Of a DNA stretch of 64,000 bases, positions 12,892 through 22,639 are shown one piece after another. The position numbers were made by a program, and so were the translations under genes. The notes under the pieces were generated by a model. That model saw only the letters and a program-made list of their open reading frames with translations. It made no database searches and was not told the DNA's origin. Every line of letters starts with the position of its first letter. Position 1 is the stretch's first letter. Source of the DNA: Mobula hypostoma (lineage: Eukaryota); the NCBI RefSeq assembly GCF_963921235.1, contig NC_086118.1, positions 13,766,001 to 13,830,000 on the forward strand, read 5' to 3'.

Positions 12892-15800
12892 ATGCCTACA
12901 CCGAAGAAGTTTAGATCCTCTCTTCGACGGGAGTTCAGTGAAACCATCTCTCACTGCTCCCCATCTGTAATTTCTTCGGCTCTTCAACTTTTCGACCACA
13001 TTTTGACTCAGACTCGCTATCACAGCCATGTATCCTTTCTTGGAACGTGCCTCCGTCGCCAACTTACTCCAGTTGGCTTTAGGATTTGTTTCCAAGCCTC
13101 TCAATTTGGACCTTCTGAGGATCCCAGGTACTCACATTTTATTGACTCTGCCTCTCGCCGCTTCTCCCGTCAAGCTCTGAAGGCGACGCTCTCCGCCATG
13201 AGGAGGTACTTGGTGTCCCTATCCCAGACCCTTCCACACCTTCGGGACACTTTCTTCGCCGTCTGTAATGGTCCTACCCGCTATTTCATCCTCCGTCGGA
13301 TCCACGCCTGCAATCGCCGTTTTTTTGACTTTGTCATGTTAGGCAAAGATCGTAAGATCCTACATCTACGGACTCCAGAGCCTGCCGGCCCCGACGCTAG
13401 CAGGCATGAACTTTCAATTGCGGCGCCTGCCATTGATCTCGGCGGCTCCAACACCTCAGGACATATTCAAAACCCGGACTCCAGCAACGACCATGGAGAC
13501 ATTCAAAGCGATCGCGCAACCACCAACTGCGACTCCAGCCTTGAACTCCAGGCCGGGTCTTTATGTGCTGCTGCTGTGACTCCCGTCTCCCCTTCCCCCA
13601 CCACCACTCCGCAGCCCCATCTTCCTCAGATCCCACCGTCAACTCCTGGGCCCTCAGAGGCTCCATCTTCCTCTCACCCCAACCCTCCCCTCTCCACTGA
13701 CACCACCAGCCTCCCCCCTCCCCCCTCTGATCCCAGCTCTCATCTGTGCCGGGTCTTTACCATCCCCTCCGAACTTCAACTGTCGGAGGCAGAACGCTCT
13801 GTTCTCAGTAAGGGCCTCACCTTTGTCCCCCTTCACCCACACCTCAGCGAGTTCCGTGTTCGCCATGATGCGGAACTTTTCTTCCGCCGTCTCCGTCTCC
13901 GAGCCTACTTCTTCGGCAAGGACTCTTCCACCCCCACCGATGACCCCTTCTCCCGTCTTCAACCCTCCTCTTCTTCATGGACACCCCGCTCTGGTCTTCT
14001 GCCTGCTCTGGATCTCTTTATTGCCAACTGCCGACGGGACATCAACCGTCTCGACTTCACCGCACCTTGTTCCCATTCCAACCTCACTCCTTCGGAACGC
14101 TCTGCTCTCCACTCCCTCCGCACTAATCCTAACCTTATTATTAAATCCGCTGATAAAGGGGGTGCTGTTGTAGTCTGGCGTACTGACCTCTACCTTGCCG
14201 AGGCACAGCAACAACTCACGGATACCTCCTCTTATTTACCCCTCGATTGTGACCCCAACAAGGAGCACCAGGCCATTGTCTCCCACACTATCAACGACTT
14301 TATCCGCTCAGGGGATCTCCCATCCACTGCTACCAACCTTATAGTTCCCACACCCCGCACTTCCCGTTTCTACCTCCTACCCAAGATCCACAAACCTGCC
14401 TGTCCTGGCCGACCTATTGTCTCAGCTTGCTCCTGCCCCACCGAACTCGTTTCTGCATACCTCGACACTGTTTTATCACCCCTTGTTCAATCCCTTCCGA
14501 CCTATGTTCGTGACACTTCTCACGCTCTTAAACTTTTCGATGATTTTAAGTTCCCTGGCCCCCACTGCTTTATTTTCACCATGGATGTCCAGTCCTTATA
14601 TACTTCCATCCCCCATCAGGAAGGTCTCAAAGCTCTACGCTTCTTTTTGGATTCCAGACCTAATCAGTTCCCCTCTACCACCACTCTGCTCCGTCTAGCG
14701 GAATTAGTCCTTACTCTTAATAATTTCTCCTTTTGCTCCTCCCATTTCCTCCAAACTAAAGGTGTAGCTATGGGCACCCGTATGGGTCCTAGCTATGCCT
14801 GCCTTTTTGTTGGGTTTGTGGAACAATCTATGTTCCGTGCCTATTCTGGTATCTGTCCCCCACTTTTCCTTCGCTATATCGACGACTGCATTGGCGCTGC
14901 TTCCTGCACGCATGCAGAACTCGTTGACTTTATTAACTTTGCCTCCAACTTTCACCCTGCCCTCAAGTTTACCTGGTCTATTTCCGACACCTCCCTCCCC
15001 TTTCTAGATCTTTCTGTCTCTGTCTCTGGAGACAGCTTATCCACTGATATCTACTATAAGCCTACTGACTCTCACAGCTATCTGGACTATTCCTCTTCTC
15101 ACCCTGTCTCTTGCAAAAACGCCATCCCCTTCTCGCAATTCCTCCGTCTCCGCCGCATCTGCTCTCAGGATGAGGCTTTTCATTCTAGGACGAGGGAGAT
15201 GTCTTCATTTTTTAAAGAAAGGGGCTTCCCTTCCTCCACTATCAACTCTGCTCTTAAACGCATCTCCTCCATTTCACGTACATCTGCTCTCACTCCATCC
15301 TCCCACCACCCCACTAGGAATAGGGTTCCCCTGGTCCTCACCTACCACCCCACCAGCCTCCGGGTCCAACATATTATTCTCCGTAACTTCCGCCACCTCC
15401 AACGGGATCCCACCACTAAGCACATCTTTCCCTCCCCCCCTCTCTCTGCATTCCGCAGGGATCGCTCCCTACACAACTCCCTTGTCCATTCGTCCCCCCC
15501 ATCCCTCCCCACTGATCTCCCTCCTGGCACTTATCCATGTAAGCGGAACAAGTGCTACACATGCCCTTACACTTCCTCCCTTACCACCATTCAGGGCCCC
15601 AAACAGTCCTTCCAGGTGAGGCATCACTTCACCTGTGAGTCGACTGGGGTGATATACTGCGTCCGGTGCTCCCGATGTGGCCTTTTATATATTGGTGAGA
15701 CCCGACGCAGACTGGGAGACCGCTTTGCTGAACATCTACGCTCTGTCCGCCAGAGAAAGCAGGATCTCCCAGTGGCCACACATTTTAATTCCACATCCCA

Positions 15801-15942
15801 TTCCCATTCTGACATGTCTATCCACGGCCTCTTCTACTGTAAAGATGAAGCCACACTCAGGTTGGAGGAACAACACCTTATATTCCGTCTGGGTAGCCTC
15901 CAACCTGATGGCATGAACATTGACTTCTCTAACTTCCGCTAG
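12892..15942 (+). CDS. Penelope polyprotein: reverse transcriptase, Cys-rich linker and GIY-YIG endonuclease (1016 aa from first ATG; frame open from 12814)
   Basis: FYLLPKIHK, PGRPIVS, TMDVQSLYTSIP, QTKGVAMGTRMGPSYA, RYIDD, FLDL; CKRNKCYTC; VIYCVRCSRCGLLYIGETRRRLGDRFAEH; no stops. Confidence 0.96.
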   Translation: MPTPKKFRSSLRREFSETISHCSPSVISSALQLFDHILTQTRYHSHVSFLGTCLRRQLTPVGFRICFQASQFGPSEDPRYSHFIDSASRRFSRQALKATLSAMRRYLVSLSQTLPHLRDTFFAVCNGPTRYFILRRIHACNRRFFDFVMLGKDRKILHLRTPEPAGPDASRHELSIAAPAIDLGGSNTSGHIQNPDSSNDHGDIQSDRATTNCDSSLELQAGSLCAAAVTPVSPSPTTTPQPHLPQIPPSTPGPSEAPSSSHPNPPLSTDTTSLPPPPSDPSSHLCRVFTIPSELQLSEAERSVLSKGLTFVPLHPHLSEFRVRHDAELFFRRLRLRAYFFGKDSSTPTDDPFSRLQPSSSSWTPRSGLLPALDLFIANCRRDINRLDFTAPCSHSNLTPSERSALHSLRTNPNLIIKSADKGGAVVVWRTDLYLAEAQQQLTDTSSYLPLDCDPNKEHQAIVSHTINDFIRSGDLPSTATNLIVPTPRTSRFYLLPKIHKPACPGRPIVSACSCPTELVSAYLDTVLSPLVQSLPTYVRDTSHALKLFDDFKFPGPHCFIFTMDVQSLYTSIPHQEGLKALRFFLDSRPNQFPSTTTLLRLAELVLTLNNFSFCSSHFLQTKGVAMGTRMGPSYACLFVGFVEQSMFRAYSGICPPLFLRYIDDCIGAASCTHAELVDFINFASNFHPALKFTWSISDTSLPFLDLSVSVSGDSLSTDIYYKPTDSHSYLDYSSSHPVSCKNAIPFSQFLRLRRICSQDEAFHSRTREMSSFFKERGFPSSTINSALKRISSISRTSALTPSSHHPTRNRVPLVLTYHPTSLRVQHIILRNFRHLQRDPTTKHIFPSPPLSAFRRDRSLHNSLVHSSPPSLPTDLPPGTYPCKRNKCYTCPYTSSLTTIQGPKQSFQVRHHFTCESTGVIYCVRCSRCGLLYIGETRRRLGDRFAEHLRSVRQRKQDLPVATHFNSTSHSHSDMSIHGLFYCKDEATLRLEEQHLIFRLGSLQPDGMNIDFSNFR

Positions 15943-16236
15943 GCCCCACCTCCCCCTCGTACCCCAGCTGTTACTCATTTTTATGCACACATTCTTTCTC
16001 TCACTCTCCTTTTTCTCCCTCTGTCCCTCTGAATATACCTCTTGCCCATCCTCTGGGTCACCCCCCCCCCCCGTCTTTCTCCCTAGGCCTCCTGTCCCAT
16101 GATCCTCTCGTACCCCCTTTGCCTATCACCTGTCCAGCTCTCGGCTCTATCCCTCCCCCTCCTGTCTTCTCCTATCATTTTGCATCTCCCCCTCCCCCTC
16201 CAGCTTTCAAATCCCTTACTCACTCTTCCTTCAGTT

Positions 16237-16272
16237 AGTCCTGACGAAGGGTCTCGGCCTGAAACGTCGACT
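16237..16272 (+). ncRNA. Minimal type I hammerhead ribozyme (3' repeat)
   Basis: Identical to 12722-12757; predicted cut after C16268. Confidence 0.9.
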
Positions 16273-16378
16273 GCACCTCTTCCTATAGATGCTGCCTGGC
16301 CTGCTGCGTTCACCAGCAACTTTGATGAATGTTGCTTGAATTTCCAGCATCTGCAGAATTCCTGTTGTTTACGTTTAA

Positions 16379-16942
16379 AATCACATTTTCCGTTCCTTTT
16401 ATATGTTTTATTTTCTTATCAAGTTCCTCGAAGACCAGTCTCCAACTTAGTAACCTTTTGTTTTTATCCTTCATATTGGCCAAAAACACTAATGGGTTGT
16501 GATCAGTGTAAATTACCAGTGGTTTCCGTCCCGGACAAATATAACAAAGGTCGTCCCACACAAACTTAGCATTCTTTGGCAAGAGCTTAGTAAGAGGGAG
16601 GGTAATATCTGCAAAGTTTTTGCAAAATTTCCGATAGTACCCCACCATCCCCAAGAACCTTCTCAGGGCTCTCTTGTCTGTCGGGGTGGGGACTTCAGAG
16701 ATAGCCCGCACTTTAGCCTGCATTGGAGCCAGCTGCCACTGTCCTACCACAAATCCCATATAAGTGACCTTCGCGTGGCCAAATTCACTTTTTGCGAGGT
16801 TCACTATCAGGCTGGCTTCAGCCAACTTTTTAAACAGTTCCTCTACTGCCACAATGTGCTCCCCCCACGTGTCACTCCAGATCACTAAATGGTCAATATA
16901 CGCTTCTGCATTCCTTAGCCTTTTTGTCACTGAATTAATCAT
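16379..16942 (-). pseudogene. pol: Gypsy B RT and RNase H remnant with internal deletions
   Basis: AYIDHLVIWS (YxDD mutated to YIDH), RRFLGMVGYYRKF, VIYTDHNPL, HIKGTENV; continues as IADCLSRC at ~12480-12506. Confidence 0.9.
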
Positions 16943-17300
16943 CCTTTAGGGATGTTGCTTACTAGGCTGACCTGATGTGACAACAACACCATGTCCCGGC
17001 TCTTTGCATCGCCTCAGGACATCCGGACATATGCCTGCGTGCTGGTTAGTTAGCTTTATCAGCGGCTCGCTCTGTTCGGGGGTTAAGTGAGAGAACTCTT
17101 CAGCATAGTTGGCCAAAGCAATAGTGTTCTCCCATCTGGTCGGCATCATACTTATCTTTTCAAAATGGGCTTTCCCCTTATCAGGTGGCACCTTAGCCTC
17201 ATTGATTTTCATGATAACACCGACTAGGTCTGCTCGCCTATCGTGGCAGGCTGTTAACATATCAATAGCCTGTAACTGTGTTAGCTGACATCTACAATAG

Positions 17301-17760
17301 TCTTTCTTTCTTTTCAAATCTTTTTATTGTATATATATATATATAGGAAAAATAACATGAGTACATCGAAGTAACAACACTTACAATGCCTCAAAAAAAA
17401 CCCCATCATCTTAAAAATTGAAAACAAAATTTTGTGATAACAAAAAAAACCTACTAAGCAGGAAAGTGAGACAAAAAAAGAACCCATTAAGTGTACAACC
17501 CCGGAGCCATGCGTCATACAAAAAGCTTCTAAAAATAAACATCAAACCGCCAGCAAGAAAAGAAAATATACTAAAAGAGTTTACAATTAGATTGTGGGAA
17601 GATTATATCAATTAACTCAAATGATAATAACGAGCAAATGAACCCCATCTTTTCTCAAAATCAAATAAAGGTTCAAAGGTTCGACTTCTAATTTTCTCCA
17701 AACTAAGACATAGCATCACTTGTGAGAACCATTGTGACAAAGTGGGAGCTGATGTATCCT
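17301..17760 (-). mobile_element. L1-like LINE 3' fragment inside Gypsy B
   Basis: Minus-strand DTSAPTLSQWFSQVMLCLSLEKIR...FEKRWGSF (L1 ORF2 C-terminus), then AATAAA and an A-rich tail. Confidence 0.8.
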
Positions 17761-17888
17761 AGCTATCAATATAAAAAATGCAATAACATGTTGTTCAGAC
17801 ACAGAAATAGCATGAATATTTTGAGGAACTATTCCAAAAAGCACAGTTAATTTATTAGGTTGTAAATTAATTTTAAGTGCTTTAGAAA

Positions 17889-18740
17889 TTAGCAAGAGGC
17901 AATAGCATCCTTCCTCCTGTGCGTCCAGTAAAACTCTTTCATGATTCTATCGACTGTTTTCCTCACCCCAAGATGTCCACCAAGGGGTATCTTGTGGGCC
18001 AGGTTAAAAATCTCATCCCTATTAATTTTCAGCACTACCACCTGGTGTACCACCCCCCATTCCTCATCTGCGGGCACGGTACGTGGTCTCCACTTCCTCA
18101 TTAGTACTCCCTCTTTCACATAATAGCCCACTGGCTCCCTTTTTAATTCTGCTTCGGAAAGAGCTGTCTTCATCAAAACCATGAGCTCCTCGTCTTGTTC
18201 CTGTGCCTGTATAAATTCCTTCCTTGCTAATGATAAGTCTACCTTAATTTCCATTTCACTACGCCCCTTCTTCTCACTTTCTAACACCACCCCCCCGCCC
18301 CCCCCCCCCCCGGTACAAGGCCGGTAAAAACGTCTCAGCTAAATCTACATTCTCTTCGGCAGCCTTTCTGGACATACGCCGAGTCACTGCGCAAACGGGA
18401 TAAACCTGTGAGTCCATGGGCGGGGCCTCAATGCTGGCAGGCTGGCTTGTCAGTTTTACTGCTGAGAACAGATTTCCGCCACCGAGGTCATTACCGAGTA
18501 AGACCTTCACGTCTTCCATCGGAAGTTCGGGCCTTACCCCGATCGTGACCGGTCCGAAGACCAAGTCACTTTTTAAGGTGTATCTGGTGCAAAGGTACTG
18601 CTTCAGTCCCTTTCCCAATGCCTTTTATCACACTGACCTCGCCAGTCTGGATCTCTGAACTAAAGTCTAAAACCACTGCTTAAGATCAGTGACTGACAAG
18701 CTCCAGTATCTCTCCAGATCTGTACTGGAACCGGGTTTAA
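17889..18740 (-). pseudogene. pol: Gypsy B protease and integrase H2C2 zinc-binding N-terminus
   Basis: WRDTGACQSL, VLLGNDL, HKIPLGGHLGVRKTVDRIMKEFYW; frameshifted. Confidence 0.88.
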
Positions 18741-20003
18741 CCCCTCCTTCACCGACACCAATCCGGCTGAGATAAACTTCTCGCGCCCTTCCTGAACTTT
18801 ATCAGACCTCTTCTCCCCTAGTGGTTTGTTTGCCAGCTCAATACAGCCAGTTGGAACGATCGTTTTTTCTTTCCCCGTCTCCTTCTTCGGGGCAAAGCAC
18901 CTGGACACAAAGTGTCCGGCTTTCCCACAATTATAGCAAACGACCCCAGGAGATTTCCTACCAAACTGCTCCCGGTCTTCCTTATCCTTCTCACTAGTCC
19001 CCGGCTTACTTTCTGACTTTCCTGGCGGACTCTCTCTGCCCTCTTGACTACCCTTCTGGTAGTTTTTACTTGGGGTAAACTTCACTTTGTGCATTAAAGC
19101 ATATTCATCCGCTAACTTAGCAGTTGCGACTAAGGTTTCTGCCTCTTTCTCATCCAGATAGGGTCTCATACCTTCAGGGACACAACCTTTAAACTGCTCA
19201 ATCAGTATTAGCTGTAGCAGTCTGTCATAATCCCCATTGACCCCTTTTGAGGCGGACCAACGCTCACAATACATCTGCATCTCACGGGCAAACTCTAAAT
19301 ACGTGCGGCCCCACTGCTTCCTCACATTCAGGAACTTTTGCCGGTATGCCTCCGGGACCAACTCATAAATCCTGAGTATGACCTCTTTCACCACATCATA
19401 CCTCTGGGCATCTTCTGCGGACAAGGTCGAGTAAGCTTGCTGAGCCTTTCCTTTAAGTACGCTCTGAAGCAAAACAGCCCACTTATCCCTCGGCCAGTCC
19501 TGACTTGCAGCGACTTTTTCAAAATGGAGAAAGTACCGATCAACATCGGCCTCCTCAAATGGAGGAACCATCCTAATCTCCTGGGTCGCCCTGAACCCTC
19601 CACCTTGGTTCGGCATGGGCCCCAGCGCTAGCGTCATCCTTAACTTCTCCAGCTCAAATTCCCTTTCCCTCTGTTTCTCTCTTGCTTCTCATTCTAACTG
19701 CCTGTCCCTCTCTTCTTGTTCCAGCTGTTTTACCCGGAACTCGTGCTCGAGTCTCAATTTTTCAATCTGCAGCTGTACTGCGTCTCCACCAGGTTTTCCA
19801 ATAGATACCATCTCCAGCTCCCCATGGGGAAACACACCTTTATATACATAATGCTCAATGATAGCTCTGTGCATCTTCGCTCTCCTCATTGTCGACTTCG
19901 CTTTAGAAAGATTCAACCGTTTGGCAACAGTTGCCAATTCTGATTTCCTGGCATCCTCTAATGCCTCCAAGGTTGGCGCCTTTAGAAATTCCTCAATCTC
20001 CAT
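18660..20003 (-). pseudogene. gag: Gypsy B gag with SCAN-like capsid and CCHC-like knuckle
   Basis: VPPFEEADVDRYFLHFEK..W..LL...GKAQ..Y, PEAYRQKF, LILIEQF, AKLADEY, CYNCGKAGHFVSRC; one in-frame stop near 19689. Confidence 0.9.
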
Positions 20004-20102
20004 TTCTGCTGTTTGCCCTTTCTTTCTTTCGAGAATTTTAACCCAATCAATTTACCCAGTCCCAAATTTGGCGTTCAAAATCGCGGGCGATATCTCCACT
20101 TA

Positions 20103-20944
20103 TGTTACGTACCCCGTAACTGGGTTGCCAAACCAGCAGAAATGGACCACTTAGTTGGAGTCTGGTTTAACAGAAACTAATAAAGTTTTATTAAAGAAAT
20201 AAGTAACACAGTACTCTAATCGTAAGGATATAAATGTAACAGGTTAGCAATGATAAAACACACATGCACACAGAACTAGGGTAATAGGAATCAACCAAGC
20301 TCTATCGCAGTCTAGGGGTAAAATGATCAGTCTCAAGTGACGCGGAGTTCAGTTCAGCTTAGTACAGTTCGCAGTAATCGCTGTTGTGCCGTTGGAGAGA
20401 AAGAGAGAGAGAGAGAATGCAAATTTGATTCAGCAGACCTTTGATGTTCTTCGCAGTTAGCTTTCGGGCAAATCCTTTTATGTCTTCTGTGGTCACCGAC
20501 TGTGACCTCTCCTTTTCCGGATACGACCGTTCTTCCGCAGTGAACCCGGCTCCCAGGCAAGGGTGGACACGCACACACCAGGTTCCCGCCGATCGTCCCT
20601 TTTCACCTTGTCAGTCTATGGTCAGTTCCCTCGAACCAGACCTCCAACTCCCACCAACTTGTGGGGGAACACCGCTCTTCCAGGGTCTCATTATCTCGTG
20701 ATCTCGTGGTGTGTGTCGTGCCTTGGCGAACCTGTTCTTTTTATCCCCCTGCTGGGGTATTGTCTGTCCATCAAACTTCAAACAGTTCAGGTTCAAAGCA
20801 ACCGGTCCCTCAATATTCTGAAATGTGTTTCTTTCTCGTTAATCTCTCTCTTCTCTCTTATTAGCATTTTGAATGTTTCTCCATTGTCTCACTTATCTCT
20901 CTCTCATTAGCATGAATCTTCTGATAACTTGGTTTTTCATCACA
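20103..20944 (-). repeat. 5' LTR of Gypsy B
   Basis: TGTTAC...ATCACA; direct repeat of 11555-12363. Confidence 0.95.
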
Positions 20945-22639
20945 ACCTATTTATGCAAGTACTTCTCTGACAATAGATGTATAACAGCCTAATGTAACAT
21001 TGTATGGAAATGCAAGATAACACTGATGCAGTCATGTTTTATACATTTAACAAGGTGCTTTATTAATGCAACACAGTTAGTCAGTTTTTCAATGTTCGTC
21101 GTCAACCGGGTCATACTGTTCGTGAATTCCCTGTCACTTGCCTCCCTACACTGCAGTATTTGTTTTTTTTTTAGTTTTAAGTCCTCCTGCACGAGAGCCT
21201 TTTAAGTTTTTTACTCTGTAACTGGACAAACGCGCACTAAGTATACCGTTTCTTCTTCACTTGTTTTCTTTGTGTCCTGCACATGCCCAGTAGGAGGAGA
21301 TTCGCCCAAATATCCATCTAATGTGGACAGAGATATTTTGAAAAACGCTTAGTGTGGACTCTTATTGTTTTCACTCGAAACCGGCGTTTTCAAAGTTATC
21401 CGGCATAGGGTAGACGTAGCCTGAGATGTGGCCACATGTGACAGTATGTTTGTGCATATGGGTGTGAGGACTTTGCCTTTAGGAAGAGTCTGTGAATTTG
21501 TTGGACCCTGGCCAGCTGCTTTTTCCCTTCTCATTTCTTCTCTGATGAGTGTGCTATTTCTCTCTGAGAAATTAGCTGTCAATTTTGAATTTGCAGTTCC
21601 TTACGAAGTTTTAAAGAAGAGGAGTGCCGCCTAGGTTTTGTGTTCTAATCGGTTACTTTGCTTCTTGTGTTTGTTTAGTCAATTACTTTGTTTCTGGTTT
21701 ATCTTAATCTGTTACATGTTTATTGTGTCTTAATGTGTTACTTTGTTATTTGCTTCCACATGTACTTGGTTTTATGGAAGACTCACATTTCATACTGGCC
21801 ATATGAAATTTGTTCCAATGGGGTAGAAATTCAGACAACTTTATTCCGGATATGAGCTATCCATAATGCAGAGGAGCATAAGCATTTGGGGAGCAATTCC
21901 AGTTGGGTTGTTACGCGTTTTCTGCATACCCAGTGACTAATCAGGAGTGAGTACATTTGTATCTCCCTGAATTACAGAATGGCAAAGTGATCTTAGTGGG
22001 AGATCCTGTGATACAATCCTGTGGATTGTGTTTGCATTTGCACACTGGATTAACAGGTCAGATTGCTAAATTTGTATAGAGGACTCCTTACTACACTGCA
22101 GATGGAATACCACTGATATTGATCCCTTTGACAAGGAAAAAGACTGTTGGAAGGAATTATCTGGCCTCTCAGGTTTTGGTATTCTGTTTTGAGGGAGCTG
22201 GGAGGGAGTAGTCTGTTCCAGTCATCCTCGATCCAAAGTATGGTAACAGCCTTAAAGGACTTGAGCCTTAATTGCCCCTGTGGAGTCTGTGCTTTAAGGG
22301 CTGGTATTTCCCCACATACCATCTGTTTAATTAGAAGGTCCTAACTCTTAAAGATTTCCACAACTGACAGAGTGTTGGAGTAGGGGGTATGTTGAGTCTG
22401 GTTACAAGGTGCAAGATGGATGACAACTGTGAGCAGGAACAGTATCCTGTGTCGATGCCAAATGATGCTGTGAAGGTGGACTTATATTGGATTCTGAATG
22501 GTACTTACTGGGTATGTAGTTCTGAGGGTGGTGCAGTTGATATGTGGTGCTTTACATATGCCACCCCAGTGCCCTGGATGAGCACCTTCTCTATGCTGGT
22601 TGGTAAGAGAGCTATTACAAAGGAAAGAAGGTTTTGAAC

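Larger units (their letters stand above)
12514..16378 (+). mobile_element. Penelope-like element (Neptune-type), apparently intact, with direct terminal repeats
   Basis: Direct repeats 12514-12863 and 16025-16378; 10-bp TSD AATCACATTT at 12504-12513 and 16379-16388; one long RT+GIY-YIG ORF. It interrupts Gypsy B RNase H at ENV/IADCLSR. Confidence 0.96.
11555..20944 (-). mobile_element. Gmr1-like Gypsy LTR retrotransposon B (SCAN-like Gag; PR-INT-RT-RH order), internally deleted
   Basis: Highly similar LTRs 11555-12363 and 20103-20944; flanks ATCT/ACCT (4 bp, 1 mismatch); PPT next to 12364; degenerate PBS at ~20080-20098. Confidence 0.93.
10990..21421. mobile_element. Non-autonomous PIF/Harbinger DNA transposon (~1 kb of its own sequence) carrying a 9.4 kb nested Gypsy
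   Basis: TIRs GGCTACGTCCACACTACGCCGGATAATTTTGAAAAC and GTTTTCAAAGTTATCCGGCATAGGGTAGACGTAGCC; 3-bp TSD TGA at 10987-10989 and 21422-21424; coiled-coil remnant at 20989-21192 (-) that may derive from the Myb/SANT-like protein. Confidence 0.88.

Noticed and set aside
12568..13104. 178-aa minus-strand ORF and similar antisense ORFs over the Penelope and CR1 elements
   Set aside because: Shadow frames of transposon sequence with no motifs.
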